A stretch of DNA of 64,000 nucleotides, from positions 19,625 through 83,624 of the forward strand of contig LNDT01000018.1 of assembly GCA_001464715.1 (NCBI GenBank). Direction: 5' to 3'. Shown here in pieces: positions 54,221-62,967 of this stretch. A model generated the notes under the pieces. That model saw nothing but the letters and a program-made list of their open reading frames with translations. It had not been told where the DNA came from and did no database searches. Made by a program: the position numbers and the translations under genes. The stretch is from Bdellovibrionales bacterium Ga0074137 (lineage in GTDB: Bacteria > Bdellovibrionota > Bdellovibrionia > Bdellovibrionales > JAMPXM01). The stretch's first letter is position 1. Every line of letters begins with the position of its first letter.

Positions 54221-55015
54221 CTAGGGCTGATGCGCCTCAGGCCGGAGGGTCCTTCGGAGCTGAAAAGCGCCGAAAAACAAAAGCACGAAACTCATAGCCA
54301 TTGAAATCGTCAGTGGTCCGAAGGCTGGTCCGCGCGGGTCAGCACGCAGAAGCTCCATTGCGATGCGACCCACGCCGTGAAGTGAAATCCATGTGAAAAA
54401 AACCACGCCCGGTTGACGTCGCGACTTTTCTTGCCGGAGGAGCCAAAGGCCTACTGAAAGCTCCCACAAAACCGCGAATCCTTGTGTTGGAAACCGAAAG
54501 GCCAATGGCCAGTCGCAAACCGCGCCAAAGCAGCAACCCGTCAGCACACACGCCATCCGTCCGCCGGCATAGCCAAACGCTGCGACTGGCGAAAAAAAAT
54601 CGAGCCACTTGAGGATCAGAGATTTGTCGGCCTTTTTCCACCGAAGCATCGCCAAGATGGTGGCGACGCCTCCGGCCGCTCCACCCATCCAAACAAATCC
54701 ACCGCTGGCGACATCGAACACGCGCCACAGATCCTCGGCGTAGTACCGGGGTTCTTCCCAGACGATATGAAGAAGGCGGGCACCGAGGAAGCCACCGATC
54801 ATTGCACCGATAAAAAGGTCGAGGGCACTACTTGTGCTGAGACCATTTTTTTGGAAGATCGGACGCTCAGATCTTTTAAAAATAAAAAAAGCGCAAAGCG
54901 ACAAGACCAGACTAACGACAACGAAGTAGCTCTGTAAGCGAAAGTCGCCAATTTCGATCCAGGGAAGAAATCCTGACGTCGAGTGAACGTGCGATTCGAT
55001 ACGCGCCCCGCTCAC
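54221..55015 (-). CDS. lgt: prolipoprotein diacylglyceryl transferase
   Basis: Polytopic protein. GGFLGARL and GRMACVLTGCCFG motifs. Positioned after lspA with a 4-nt overlap. Confidence 0.9.
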   Translation of the reverse strand: MSGARIESHVHSTSGFLPWIEIGDFRLQSYFVVVSLVLSLCAFFIFKRSERPIFQKNGLSTSSALDLFIGAMIGGFLGARLLHIVWEEPRYYAEDLWRVFDVASGGFVWMGGAAGGVATILAMLRWKKADKSLILKWLDFFSPVAAFGYAGGRMACVLTGCCFGAVCDWPLAFRFPTQGFAVLWELSVGLWLLRQEKSRRQPGVVFFTWISLHGVGRIAMELLRADPRGPAFGPLTISMAMSFVLLFFGAFQLRRTLRPEAHQP

Positions 55016-55527
55016 GTCGCCTTAGATTCTTCAGTCGCGTCAGGAGCGCGCTTGGTCCGCGTCAGCTCGATGTAAAGTAAAACGGCGACGCCGACGACAA
55101 TGGCACTATCGGCAATGTTGAACGCGGGCCAAGTGTAGGATTTCTGAATGTGAAAATCTAAAAAATCGATCACATAACGAAAGCGAATGCGGTCGATGTA
55201 ATTTCCAATTGCTCCGCCGAAAACCATCGACAGTGAGACGACGCTCCATCGATCGGACTCCGCCACCGAACGGAAGATTGCCAAAATAATCAAAAGTGCG
55301 ATGGGAGGCATGGAAAGAAAAAAGATCTCTCGAAATGAGGGGTGGCTGTCGGCCAAGAAACCAAAAGCAGCGCCGTAGTTTCGAACATACGTCAGATTAA
55401 AAAAGCCTTGGATCACGTCGATGGACTCGTGAAGCTGGAAGTGAGTGTGAACGTACATCTTAGTCGCCTGATCGAAGGTCACGATAGCGCCGGCGATGGC
55501 TGCGAGGATGAGATACTTCAGTTTCAC
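55012..55527 (-). CDS. lspA: lipoprotein signal peptidase II (canonical copy)
   Basis: FDQATK, NYGAAFGFL, GGAIGNYIDRIRFRYVIDFLDF and WPAFNIADSAIVVG. The GTG at 55527 overlaps the ileS stop (GTGA). The tracked start is 55560. Confidence 0.9.
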   Translation of the reverse strand: MKLKYLILAAIAGAIVTFDQATKMYVHTHFQLHESIDVIQGFFNLTYVRNYGAAFGFLADSHPSFREIFFLSMPPIALLIILAIFRSVAESDRWSVVSLSMVFGGAIGNYIDRIRFRYVIDFLDFHIQKSYTWPAFNIADSAIVVGVAVLLYIELTRTKRAPDATEESKAT

Positions 55528-58379
55528 AAGTCGTCCTTTTCCGTAAGCGCCGTCGAACACTTTCCACAGACGGTCGGGTGCTTTTTATCAGCACCGATTT
55601 CCTCACTCCAGTACCAGCAGCGCTCGCACTTTTCGCCCACAGCGTGTTCGGCGTTAATACCAAACTGTCCCACGTGAAGTTGAACTTGTGAAACAATAAA
55701 GAACTCGGGCAGCAAGGCTTCGTACTTTTTCAGCGCGGCCGCTTTTTCTCCGTCGGCCGTGATTTTGATGAGAGCATCAAGGCCCGACCCGATTGTTTTG
55801 GTCTGGCGCAGCTCCTCAAGTTTCTTAGTTACATCCGAGCGAACTGAAAAAAGCTCGCTCATTTCTCGGTCGAGAGCCTCATTGTCCCATTTGGAATCAG
55901 GCTTTGGGAACTCGCGCAGAAAAACGCTCTCGGACTTCGAACCGGGGAGGTAGCTGTAAGTTTCCTCGGCCAAAAACGAAGTGATGGGCGCCATGACACG
56001 AGTCAGGGTTTCTGCAATCGTGTAAAGGGCGGTTTGCGCCGAGCGACGTTCAATGCCGTCCCTCTTGAAGGTGTAAAGACGGTCTTTCAGCATATCCAGG
56101 TAACCCGCCGAAAGTGCGACGGTGAAGTACTGGGTCAGCGCGTGATAGACCTTGTAGAACTCGTAGCTATCAAAGGCCGTCGTCGCTTCACGGATCAGGC
56201 CGTTCAGACGACCCAATGCCCACTGATCAAGGAGAGTCATCTTCTCGAACGGGACAGAGTCTTTCACCGGATCGAAATCAGAAATATTGCCAAGGAAAAA
56301 CCGCATCGTATTTCTAAAGCGACGATACGTCTCGGTGACGCGGTCGAAACTTTCTTGGCCCGACGCCATGTCTTGACCGAAGTCGACATAGGAACACCAA
56401 AGCCTCAGAATTTCAGCGCCAGATTTTTTTGTCATCTCGACCGGATCGAGAGCGTTCCCCAGCGACTTTGACATTTTTCGCCCCTGGGCATCGTTGACGA
56501 AACCGTGGGTGACGAGCGCCTTGAATGGAGCTCGTCCTTCGGTCGCCATCGAAGCAAGAAGTGACGTCTGAAACCATCCGCGGTGCTGATCGCTGCCTTC
56601 AAGATAGATATCGGCTGGGTACTCCATTCCGTCGCGCCGCTTTTGAACTGCAGACCATGCGACACCGGAATCGAACCAAACATCTAAGATATCTTTTCCG
56701 CGCGTAAACTCGGTGCCGCCGCACTTCGAGCAGGGCAGAGGTTTCCCGTCTTTCGACTTCATGAAGTCAGATTCGGGATGCGCGTGGTAGGCCTCGATGC
56801 CGCCTTCTTTTTCGATCGCATCGGCCACACGGTCCATGACTTCGGCATCAGCCATAATGTGCTTGCAGGGCTTTCCAGCGACAACAGCGTTACATTCAAA
56901 AACGGGAATCGGAACACCCCAGATGCGTTGGCGCGATAAGCACCAGTCCGGACGATTCTCGATCATCGCGCGGAGACGCGCTTCCCCCCAAGCGGGGACG
57001 AATTTGATTTTTTCTATTTCTTTAAGAGCTCGGGCTCGCATTTGAGCGGCCTCTTTTGAAATCGTACGACCGCTATCGTCTTTTGCTCCTTCGACGAGGT
57101 CCATTCCAAGAAACCACTGCGGCGTCGCCCGGAAGATCAACGGAGTTTTAGAGCGCCAGTTGTGCGGGTACTGATGAACGAACTCTGTGAAGGAAAGAAG
57201 CGATTTATTGTCGCGCAAGCGCTGAACCACTAACGGGTTCGCGTCCCAAATTTTTGTGCCTAAATATTCGGGAACTTCTTCGGTGTATTTTCCTGCAGCA
57301 TCCACCGGTGACAAAACTTTAAGTCCGTACTGAAGGCCCACCCGGTAATCGTCTTGTCCGTGGCCGGGAGCCGTGTGAACCGCGCCCGTTCCTGCTTCCA
57401 TGGTCACGTGGGATCCGAGAACAATCAGCGAATCGCGATCATAAAAGGGGTGTCGCGCGTTCATTTTTTCAAACGCAGAACCCTTCGCAGTGACTCCTGT
57501 TGGAGTCAGCGTGAGGCCGGTGTTTTTCTCGACAGCTTCCTTGAGGCCTACGGCCAAAATTAAGATCCGGTCACCGGCATCAAAAAATCCGTAATCAAAA
57601 TCGGCATTCAGCGCCAATCCTAAGTTTGCAGGTAATGTCCAAGGTGTTGTCGTCCAGACCGCAAATCCCACGGGCTTTGATCCAAACTTTTCGGCGTCTT
57701 TGGCGAAAGCCGTCTTATGAGCCGCCGTAAATGCCGCCGTAAAATCCATGGTGAAGTAAATCGATGGCGACTTGTGTTCGTGGTACTCGACTTCAGCTTC
57801 AGCGAGCGCCGTCTGCAAAGTCGGGCACCAGTAAACGGGCTTCTCGCCACGGTACAATGTTCCTTTTCGCAACGCGCGCGCTAAGACGCGCACTTCTTCC
57901 GCCTCGTAGGCCGGATCCATTGTCAGGTAGGGATTGGACCAGTCGGCCATAACTCCGAGGCGACGAAATTGCTCACCTTGGTGCGAGACCCACTTCGCCG
58001 CTTCCGCGCGGCACATCGACCGAATTTCTGAATCCGATTTTTCTTTACGTTTTGCGCCCAGCGCTTTTGTGACATTCATCTCGATCGGAAGACCGTGACA
58101 ATCCCAACCCGGAATGAACGTCGCCGAAAACCCAGCCATGTTTTTGTATTTGACCGTGAAATCTTTGAGGCACTTGTTCAGAACGTGGCCCGTGTGAATG
58201 CTCCCGTTGGCGTAAGGTGGGCCGTCGGGCATCGTGAATGGCGTTCGGCCTTTGTTTTTGGCCATGAGCTTTTGATAAATCTGCTTCTTATCCCAATCCG
58301 CAATCATCAGCGGCTCGCGCTCGGGCAAATTCGCTTTCATCGGAAAGTCTGTTTTCGGAAGCTGGATAGTTTCTTTCAT
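55524..58379 (-). CDS. ileS: isoleucine--tRNA ligase
   Basis: PPYANGSIHTGH (HIGH motif), KMSKSLGN (KMSKS motif), and a C-terminal zinc motif CERCW...CGKC. The ATG at 58379 has an AAGAGG RBS. The tracked GTG start is 58409. Confidence 0.95.
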   Translation of the reverse strand: MKETIQLPKTDFPMKANLPEREPLMIADWDKKQIYQKLMAKNKGRTPFTMPDGPPYANGSIHTGHVLNKCLKDFTVKYKNMAGFSATFIPGWDCHGLPIEMNVTKALGAKRKEKSDSEIRSMCRAEAAKWVSHQGEQFRRLGVMADWSNPYLTMDPAYEAEEVRVLARALRKGTLYRGEKPVYWCPTLQTALAEAEVEYHEHKSPSIYFTMDFTAAFTAAHKTAFAKDAEKFGSKPVGFAVWTTTPWTLPANLGLALNADFDYGFFDAGDRILILAVGLKEAVEKNTGLTLTPTGVTAKGSAFEKMNARHPFYDRDSLIVLGSHVTMEAGTGAVHTAPGHGQDDYRVGLQYGLKVLSPVDAAGKYTEEVPEYLGTKIWDANPLVVQRLRDNKSLLSFTEFVHQYPHNWRSKTPLIFRATPQWFLGMDLVEGAKDDSGRTISKEAAQMRARALKEIEKIKFVPAWGEARLRAMIENRPDWCLSRQRIWGVPIPVFECNAVVAGKPCKHIMADAEVMDRVADAIEKEGGIEAYHAHPESDFMKSKDGKPLPCSKCGGTEFTRGKDILDVWFDSGVAWSAVQKRRDGMEYPADIYLEGSDQHRGWFQTSLLASMATEGRAPFKALVTHGFVNDAQGRKMSKSLGNALDPVEMTKKSGAEILRLWCSYVDFGQDMASGQESFDRVTETYRRFRNTMRFFLGNISDFDPVKDSVPFEKMTLLDQWALGRLNGLIREATTAFDSYEFYKVYHALTQYFTVALSAGYLDMLKDRLYTFKRDGIERRSAQTALYTIAETLTRVMAPITSFLAEETYSYLPGSKSESVFLREFPKPDSKWDNEALDREMSELFSVRSDVTKKLEELRQTKTIGSGLDALIKITADGEKAAALKKYEALLPEFFIVSQVQLHVGQFGINAEHAVGEKCERCWYWSEEIGADKKHPTVCGKCSTALTEKDDL

Positions 58380-58448
58380 CGGCCAAGCACCTCTTGATAA
58401 GGTACCCACGCTAGCATACGGCGAATTGATTCGTAAGAGCTGTTCGGA

Positions 58449-59135
58449 TCAAGTTAAGAGGGGCTTCAGACTTTTATACCCGATCGCGACCAGAGCGTTG
58501 ATAGCCTCAGCGTCGCTTGAAAGATTCAGTTTCTCTCGGACTTCGCTAATGATAGCGGCCGTCGTCGGAAGATTTGCCTGTGGGTTCACCTGTAGACTCG
58601 CCTGGGGATTCGCCGACGGATTCGTCCAGGCATTCGCGCTTGCGCCGGTGTTAAGGCCCATCGTCGAAACCTTTGATTGAGTTTTCACTTCGCCGTGAGC
58701 CGCCGACTGTGACAAAGCGCTGGCCATCGAAGCTGACATTGTGTGACCGGAACCACTTCCGGAACTGATCGCCGAACCATGACCCACCGGGCGATCGAAC
58801 TGACGCATTGCCTCATTGATCTGACGGAGATCCGAGAGAAAGTTTTGGCTACTGACGGGAGCTTCGGTTTCCATTCGGGGCGATTCCGGAACGCTTGGTT
58901 CCGGGCGAGCCATTTCGGGGCGGCCGCTCGATCGATAATAAAGCGTCATCAATCGGTCGGGATCCGAAGCCTGTTTGCGAATATGTTCGGGTTGATTAAC
59001 GAGCCAGTTGAACGCCGCTTGAAGATCGCCACGACCATAAGTGGCTGACGAAATGCCAGAAGAGACGCCAGAAGAAACGCCAGAAGACATGCCAGAAGAT
59101 GAGTTTGGGTGCGGCGGAAAACCTGAGGTCGACAT
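58449..59135 (-). CDS. hypothetical Ser/Gly-rich protein
   Basis: 228-aa ORF downstream of the sigma-54 activator. The N-terminal SSGMSSGVSSGVSSGISS is encoded by four 12-nt tandem units at 59053-59100. No recognised domain. Confidence 0.55.
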   Translation of the reverse strand: MSTSGFPPHPNSSSGMSSGVSSGVSSGISSATYGRGDLQAAFNWLVNQPEHIRKQASDPDRLMTLYYRSSGRPEMARPEPSVPESPRMETEAPVSSQNFLSDLRQINEAMRQFDRPVGHGSAISSGSGSGHTMSASMASALSQSAAHGEVKTQSKVSTMGLNTGASANAWTNPSANPQASLQVNPQANLPTTAAIISEVREKLNLSSDAEAINALVAIGYKSLKPLLT

Positions 59136-59262
59136 AAGGGAGCGACGTTAACGACGCGCCTACGTTTCACTCAAGAAAAAACAAGCTTTGATCAAGTTTT
59201 AAGCACCGCAATCAGCGTCAAATTCTCAACCGCAACCACCGCCGATTTGGTGGCCGTGATTT

Positions 59263-60852
59263 CTATTTTGGATCAGCGTAGTCGCGCGCAATGATGCCGT
59301 ACTTTTCGATTTTTCGAAGAAGTGTCTTCTTCGGAATGTTGGCGTGAAGCGCGGTTTGGTTGATCCGACCTTTGAAAGTCTTCAGAGCTTTGACGATGAA
59401 TTCACGCTCGAAAGCTTCTTTGTGTTTATTGAAATCAAGTGTGTCGCCACCGATGGAAACGCTCGGAATAGATTCATCGATATCGCTCGAGTCGATGGCG
59501 TCTCCGCCATTCAAAGAACCAAGGGACGATTCGTCATCGCAGTCTTCATCCTCTGTCCCGCGAGCCAACCCAGTGTCCGAGTGGGCCGTCAATCTCTGAG
59601 TCGCCATTGGCGAACTCATCGCAGCCATCTCGTTGGAAGTTTGGATCAGCGCTTCGAGTCCCGCGCCGTTCAATTGAACGCCGACGGCATTCAAAACATT
59701 TTCTGGAATCGAAGTGAGCGAAAGTGTGTTGGAGCTTTCAAGAATAAAGCAGTGCTCGATCACATTCTCGAGCTCTCGAATATTTCCGGGCCAGCTGTAG
59801 CGCTTTAATACAACCATCGCGTCCGGAGCGACATTCGTGATGCGCTTACTGTGCGCCAAGTTGAACTTTTTGATGAAGCCCGAAACAAGATTTTCGAGAT
59901 CGTTTTTACGCTCGCTCAGAGCCGGCAAATAAATTGGCACAACGTTGAGACGGTAATAGAGGTCTTCCCGGAATTTACCCTCGGCGATCATTGTCTCAAG
60001 GTTCCGATTGGTCGCAGCGATCACGCGAACATTGGATTCGATCTCGCGATTCGAACCAACGGGCGTGAAGACCTTTTCTTGAAGAACTCGAAGAAGCTTA
60101 ACCTGCATCGTGATCGGCATTTCGCCAAGCTCATCAAGAAAAAGCGTTCCACCTTCGGCATATTGAAACCGCCCGATTTTTCTTTCGTGGGCACCTGTGA
60201 AAGAGCCTTTTTCGTGACCGAAAAGTTCACTTTCAAAAAGATTCTCAGGAATCGCAGAGCAGTTGATGGCGACGAACTTGCCGTCTTTTCTTGAGCTATT
60301 AAAATGAACAGCGCGGGCGACGAGTTCTTTTCCAGTTCCAGAAGCGCCGCGAATCAAAACCGGAGTGTCGACTTTTGAGAGCCGGTTGATGATGTTAAAG
60401 ACCTTCTGCATTTCGTTCGAAGAGCCAATAATTTTCCGACCGGCTTCAGTCAAAATCGGGGCACTTGCAGCGATACTTGAAATCAGCGACTGAGCCTTAA
60501 GTGCTCGCTCGGTCATGCTGAGTAGGTCTTCCGAAGCGACGGGTTTTGACAAATAGTTGTAGGCGCCCTCTTTTACGACGGCGACAGCATCATCAATGTT
60601 GGCGTAGGCGGTCATAATAATGACCTGAATAGAGGGATCGAATTCTTTAATGAGTTTCAGAGCTTCCAGACCAGATAGGCGAGGCATGTCGACATCAAGA
60701 ACCACAAGATCAAAGCGACCTGCGCGAACCTTTTCGACGGCTTCTAGGCCGTCATGAGCCTCATGGACATCGTAGCTTTTGACAGAAGCGAGAGCTTCTC
60801 TGACCGAGAATCGAAGTCCAGCATCATCATCGGCAACGAGAATTCGAAGCAC
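59263..60852 (-). CDS. sigma-54-dependent response regulator (REC + AAA+ + Fis-type HTH, NtrC family)
   Basis: Receiver LVVLDVDMPRLSG. Walker A GASGTGKE. ESELFGHEKGSFTGA (the GAFTGA loop). C-terminal HTH NQTALHANIPKKTLLRKIEKYGI. An acidic insert precedes the HTH. Confidence 0.9.
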   Translation of the reverse strand: MLRILVADDDAGLRFSVREALASVKSYDVHEAHDGLEAVEKVRAGRFDLVVLDVDMPRLSGLEALKLIKEFDPSIQVIIMTAYANIDDAVAVVKEGAYNYLSKPVASEDLLSMTERALKAQSLISSIAASAPILTEAGRKIIGSSNEMQKVFNIINRLSKVDTPVLIRGASGTGKELVARAVHFNSSRKDGKFVAINCSAIPENLFESELFGHEKGSFTGAHERKIGRFQYAEGGTLFLDELGEMPITMQVKLLRVLQEKVFTPVGSNREIESNVRVIAATNRNLETMIAEGKFREDLYYRLNVVPIYLPALSERKNDLENLVSGFIKKFNLAHSKRITNVAPDAMVVLKRYSWPGNIRELENVIEHCFILESSNTLSLTSIPENVLNAVGVQLNGAGLEALIQTSNEMAAMSSPMATQRLTAHSDTGLARGTEDEDCDDESSLGSLNGGDAIDSSDIDESIPSVSIGGDTLDFNKHKEAFEREFIVKALKTFKGRINQTALHANIPKKTLLRKIEKYGIIARDYADPK

Positions 60853-60861
60853 TTGATCCCC

Positions 60862-62727
60862 TTAGATAGTTGGTAATTCAACAGTGAACGTAGACCCTTG
60901 CCCCTCGGTCGAATCCACACTGATCCGGCCTTTATGCAATTCCACGAAGTATTTAGCAAGATAGAGACCGAGACCGGAACCTTTAATGGCGGATCCTTTG
61001 GCGTTTCGACTGCGATAAAATTTCATAAAGATGCGAGGAAGTTCATCCTCAGGAATGCCAGGGCCCTGATCAGCGACCTGAACGACAATCCAGCCGTCGC
61101 GCTCTTCGGTCGTCACGAGGATCGAACTATTTTCAGGGCTGTACTTGATGGCGTTTTCTACCAGGTTCGAGAGCACTTGTTTCATGAGGTCCACATCGAA
61201 ACGAATGCTGAAAAGGGTCTCAAGCTCGGTTCTAATCTCGATTTGCTTCGACCGAGCGAGGTAATCCAGTTTGGCAACAACGTCGCGGACCACGCTATTG
61301 ACGTCTTTTGAATGAAAGTGCAGCTGGATCGCCTTGGATTCGATCCGCCCAAGATTCAGAACTCCGGTGATAAATTCTAAAAGCTCGTCGCTGGAGCGCC
61401 TTAATGTGTCGACCGCCTCTTTCTGACGTGGCGACAATGGGTTTGGATCCGACTTCACGACGTCGGCCATACCTTGGATGCGAGCAATCGGAGTTTTCAG
61501 ATCGTGCGACATCATCGAGAGAAAATTGGTTTTCAGTTCTTCGACCTGAGTGAGCAATTTGTTTTTCTGGTAATACTCCCAGCTTCGCCGATTCTCGAGA
61601 ATGAGGCGGTAGGGAATAAAAAAGTAGTAGCAGATGAAGATGGCCAAAAACGGATGAGCCATGTCGATCCACGTTTGACCGATCCAAAGCGTGAGTAAGG
61701 CCACGACAAAGTAGCCAAAAATGGTGGAACCTAACGTTAAGAGGCCGGTCGTTGGAGTCAGCGTCAGCACGACAATCACTGTCAGGTAAGAGATGAGCCC
61801 GGTGATGAGAATATTCACCCAGCGGGGGGCGCGTGTCGTCGCATCATTGCGAATGACCGTATCGAACATGTTTGCGCTGAGTTCGACAATGGTCATGGCA
61901 ACAATGTCGCGGGAGTAGGGCGTCCGAACGTAGTCTTTTGAGGTTGTCTGAATGTCGCGACCGACGATGACGATCTTACCTTTAAACTTTTTAAGACTTT
62001 CTCGAGATTCCTCGGCAAGCAAACTTGAATAGCTGCTGGGAACGTAAGTTCCGGTGGGGGCGAACTGAATGTAGAGCTGATCGCTTTGCAAATATTCAAA
62101 AACGCCACGAAAAGCGTCGCGCTGGTAACCTTCAGCCGTTTGGAATTTAGACTTTAGATCAGGATTAAATTCGCCGGCAATGATCGGGTGAAGCGTCGGT
62201 AACCCTTGGTAGGCGAGCATCATTCGGCGCGAGACATCGTCTCGGGCAAAAATATTTCGGTCGACCGGAACCGGCGCACTGGCGGCACGCACGTTTTCGA
62301 ATGGAGGTGATAACTGAAGGGCGTTTTTTTCTCCACTTAAGGGAACGTCGTCGACGGCCACATAAAAGTTTGTGAGGCTCGCAGCTGTTTTTGCGAGAGA
62401 TCGCACCTCATCAAGAGACCCGACAGCTTCGTTCGGGTTTACGAGCGAGACGATGCTATGGGCCCCTGCCTCATGAAGTCGTTCAATCAGGACCCGAAAG
62501 TCATTGGCGTTTGGCACCCGCCCAAGATTTTGAATCGTTGCCGCATCGATAACGATAGTTTCGATAAAGCCTGAAGGTGCTGGAGGCGGGCGAAGCCGGA
62601 CGCGAGCGTCGTAGAGAAATGATTCGATATAATCAAAAGGGAACTGTGTGAGGATCGCTGTGATCGCAAAAGCAAACGCAAGTCGCGACAAGTGAACTAA
62701 AATCTTGCGCCAGCGACTTGCGGTCAT
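60862..62727 (-). CDS. sensor histidine kinase with a CHASE2-like periplasmic domain
   Basis: The N-terminal TM plus IVIDAATIQNLGRVP... fits a CHASE2 layout. Three TM helices follow. H-box MSHDLKTPIARIQG. HATPase DQGPGIPE...GSGLGLYLAK. Confidence 0.85.
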   Translation of the reverse strand: MTASRWRKILVHLSRLAFAFAITAILTQFPFDYIESFLYDARVRLRPPPAPSGFIETIVIDAATIQNLGRVPNANDFRVLIERLHEAGAHSIVSLVNPNEAVGSLDEVRSLAKTAASLTNFYVAVDDVPLSGEKNALQLSPPFENVRAASAPVPVDRNIFARDDVSRRMMLAYQGLPTLHPIIAGEFNPDLKSKFQTAEGYQRDAFRGVFEYLQSDQLYIQFAPTGTYVPSSYSSLLAEESRESLKKFKGKIVIVGRDIQTTSKDYVRTPYSRDIVAMTIVELSANMFDTVIRNDATTRAPRWVNILITGLISYLTVIVVLTLTPTTGLLTLGSTIFGYFVVALLTLWIGQTWIDMAHPFLAIFICYYFFIPYRLILENRRSWEYYQKNKLLTQVEELKTNFLSMMSHDLKTPIARIQGMADVVKSDPNPLSPRQKEAVDTLRRSSDELLEFITGVLNLGRIESKAIQLHFHSKDVNSVVRDVVAKLDYLARSKQIEIRTELETLFSIRFDVDLMKQVLSNLVENAIKYSPENSSILVTTEERDGWIVVQVADQGPGIPEDELPRIFMKFYRSRNAKGSAIKGSGLGLYLAKYFVELHKGRISVDSTEGQGSTFTVELPTI

Positions 62728-62748
62728 TTTTCGATAACCACCCTAAAA

Positions 62749-62967
62749 CTAAAGATCGATTCCCGAGACTGGAATACAGCCTCCGCCGGGCCGAGTACCA
62801 GTGCCTGACGCGTGCGACGGCGGCTGAATCTTCGAGTTCTCCATTTGCACAGCGGTCGAATCCGACGCACCAGCAGTGGTGGAGCTTGAATTCTGTCCAG
62901 AAATAGTACCGACGTTCGAACTCGCATTCGACGACGTGTGCTTATTGAGGACTTTAATGAATTTCAC
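62749..62967 (-). CDS. candidate small ORF (72 aa, Ser/Thr/Gly/Asn-rich, single Cys near the C-terminus); speculative peptide substrate
   Basis: The GTG at 62967 is preceded by GGAG-N6 and lies 10 nt before the radical-SAM stop. It ends in ...TRPGGGCIPVSGIDL. It fills the 226-nt gap before the kinase gene. It also contains a GTTCGAAC repeat motif, so it may be non-coding filler. Confidence 0.25.
   Translation of the reverse strand: MKFIKVLNKHTSSNASSNVGTISGQNSSSTTAGASDSTAVQMENSKIQPPSHASGTGTRPGGGCIPVSGIDL

Noticed and set aside
59136-59262. Sigma-54 promoter between the sigma-54 activator and the Ser/Gly-rich ORF
   Set aside because: No TGGCAC-N5-TTGC-like element was seen on the minus strand. 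Only a short CCACC/GGTGG hairpin is present.
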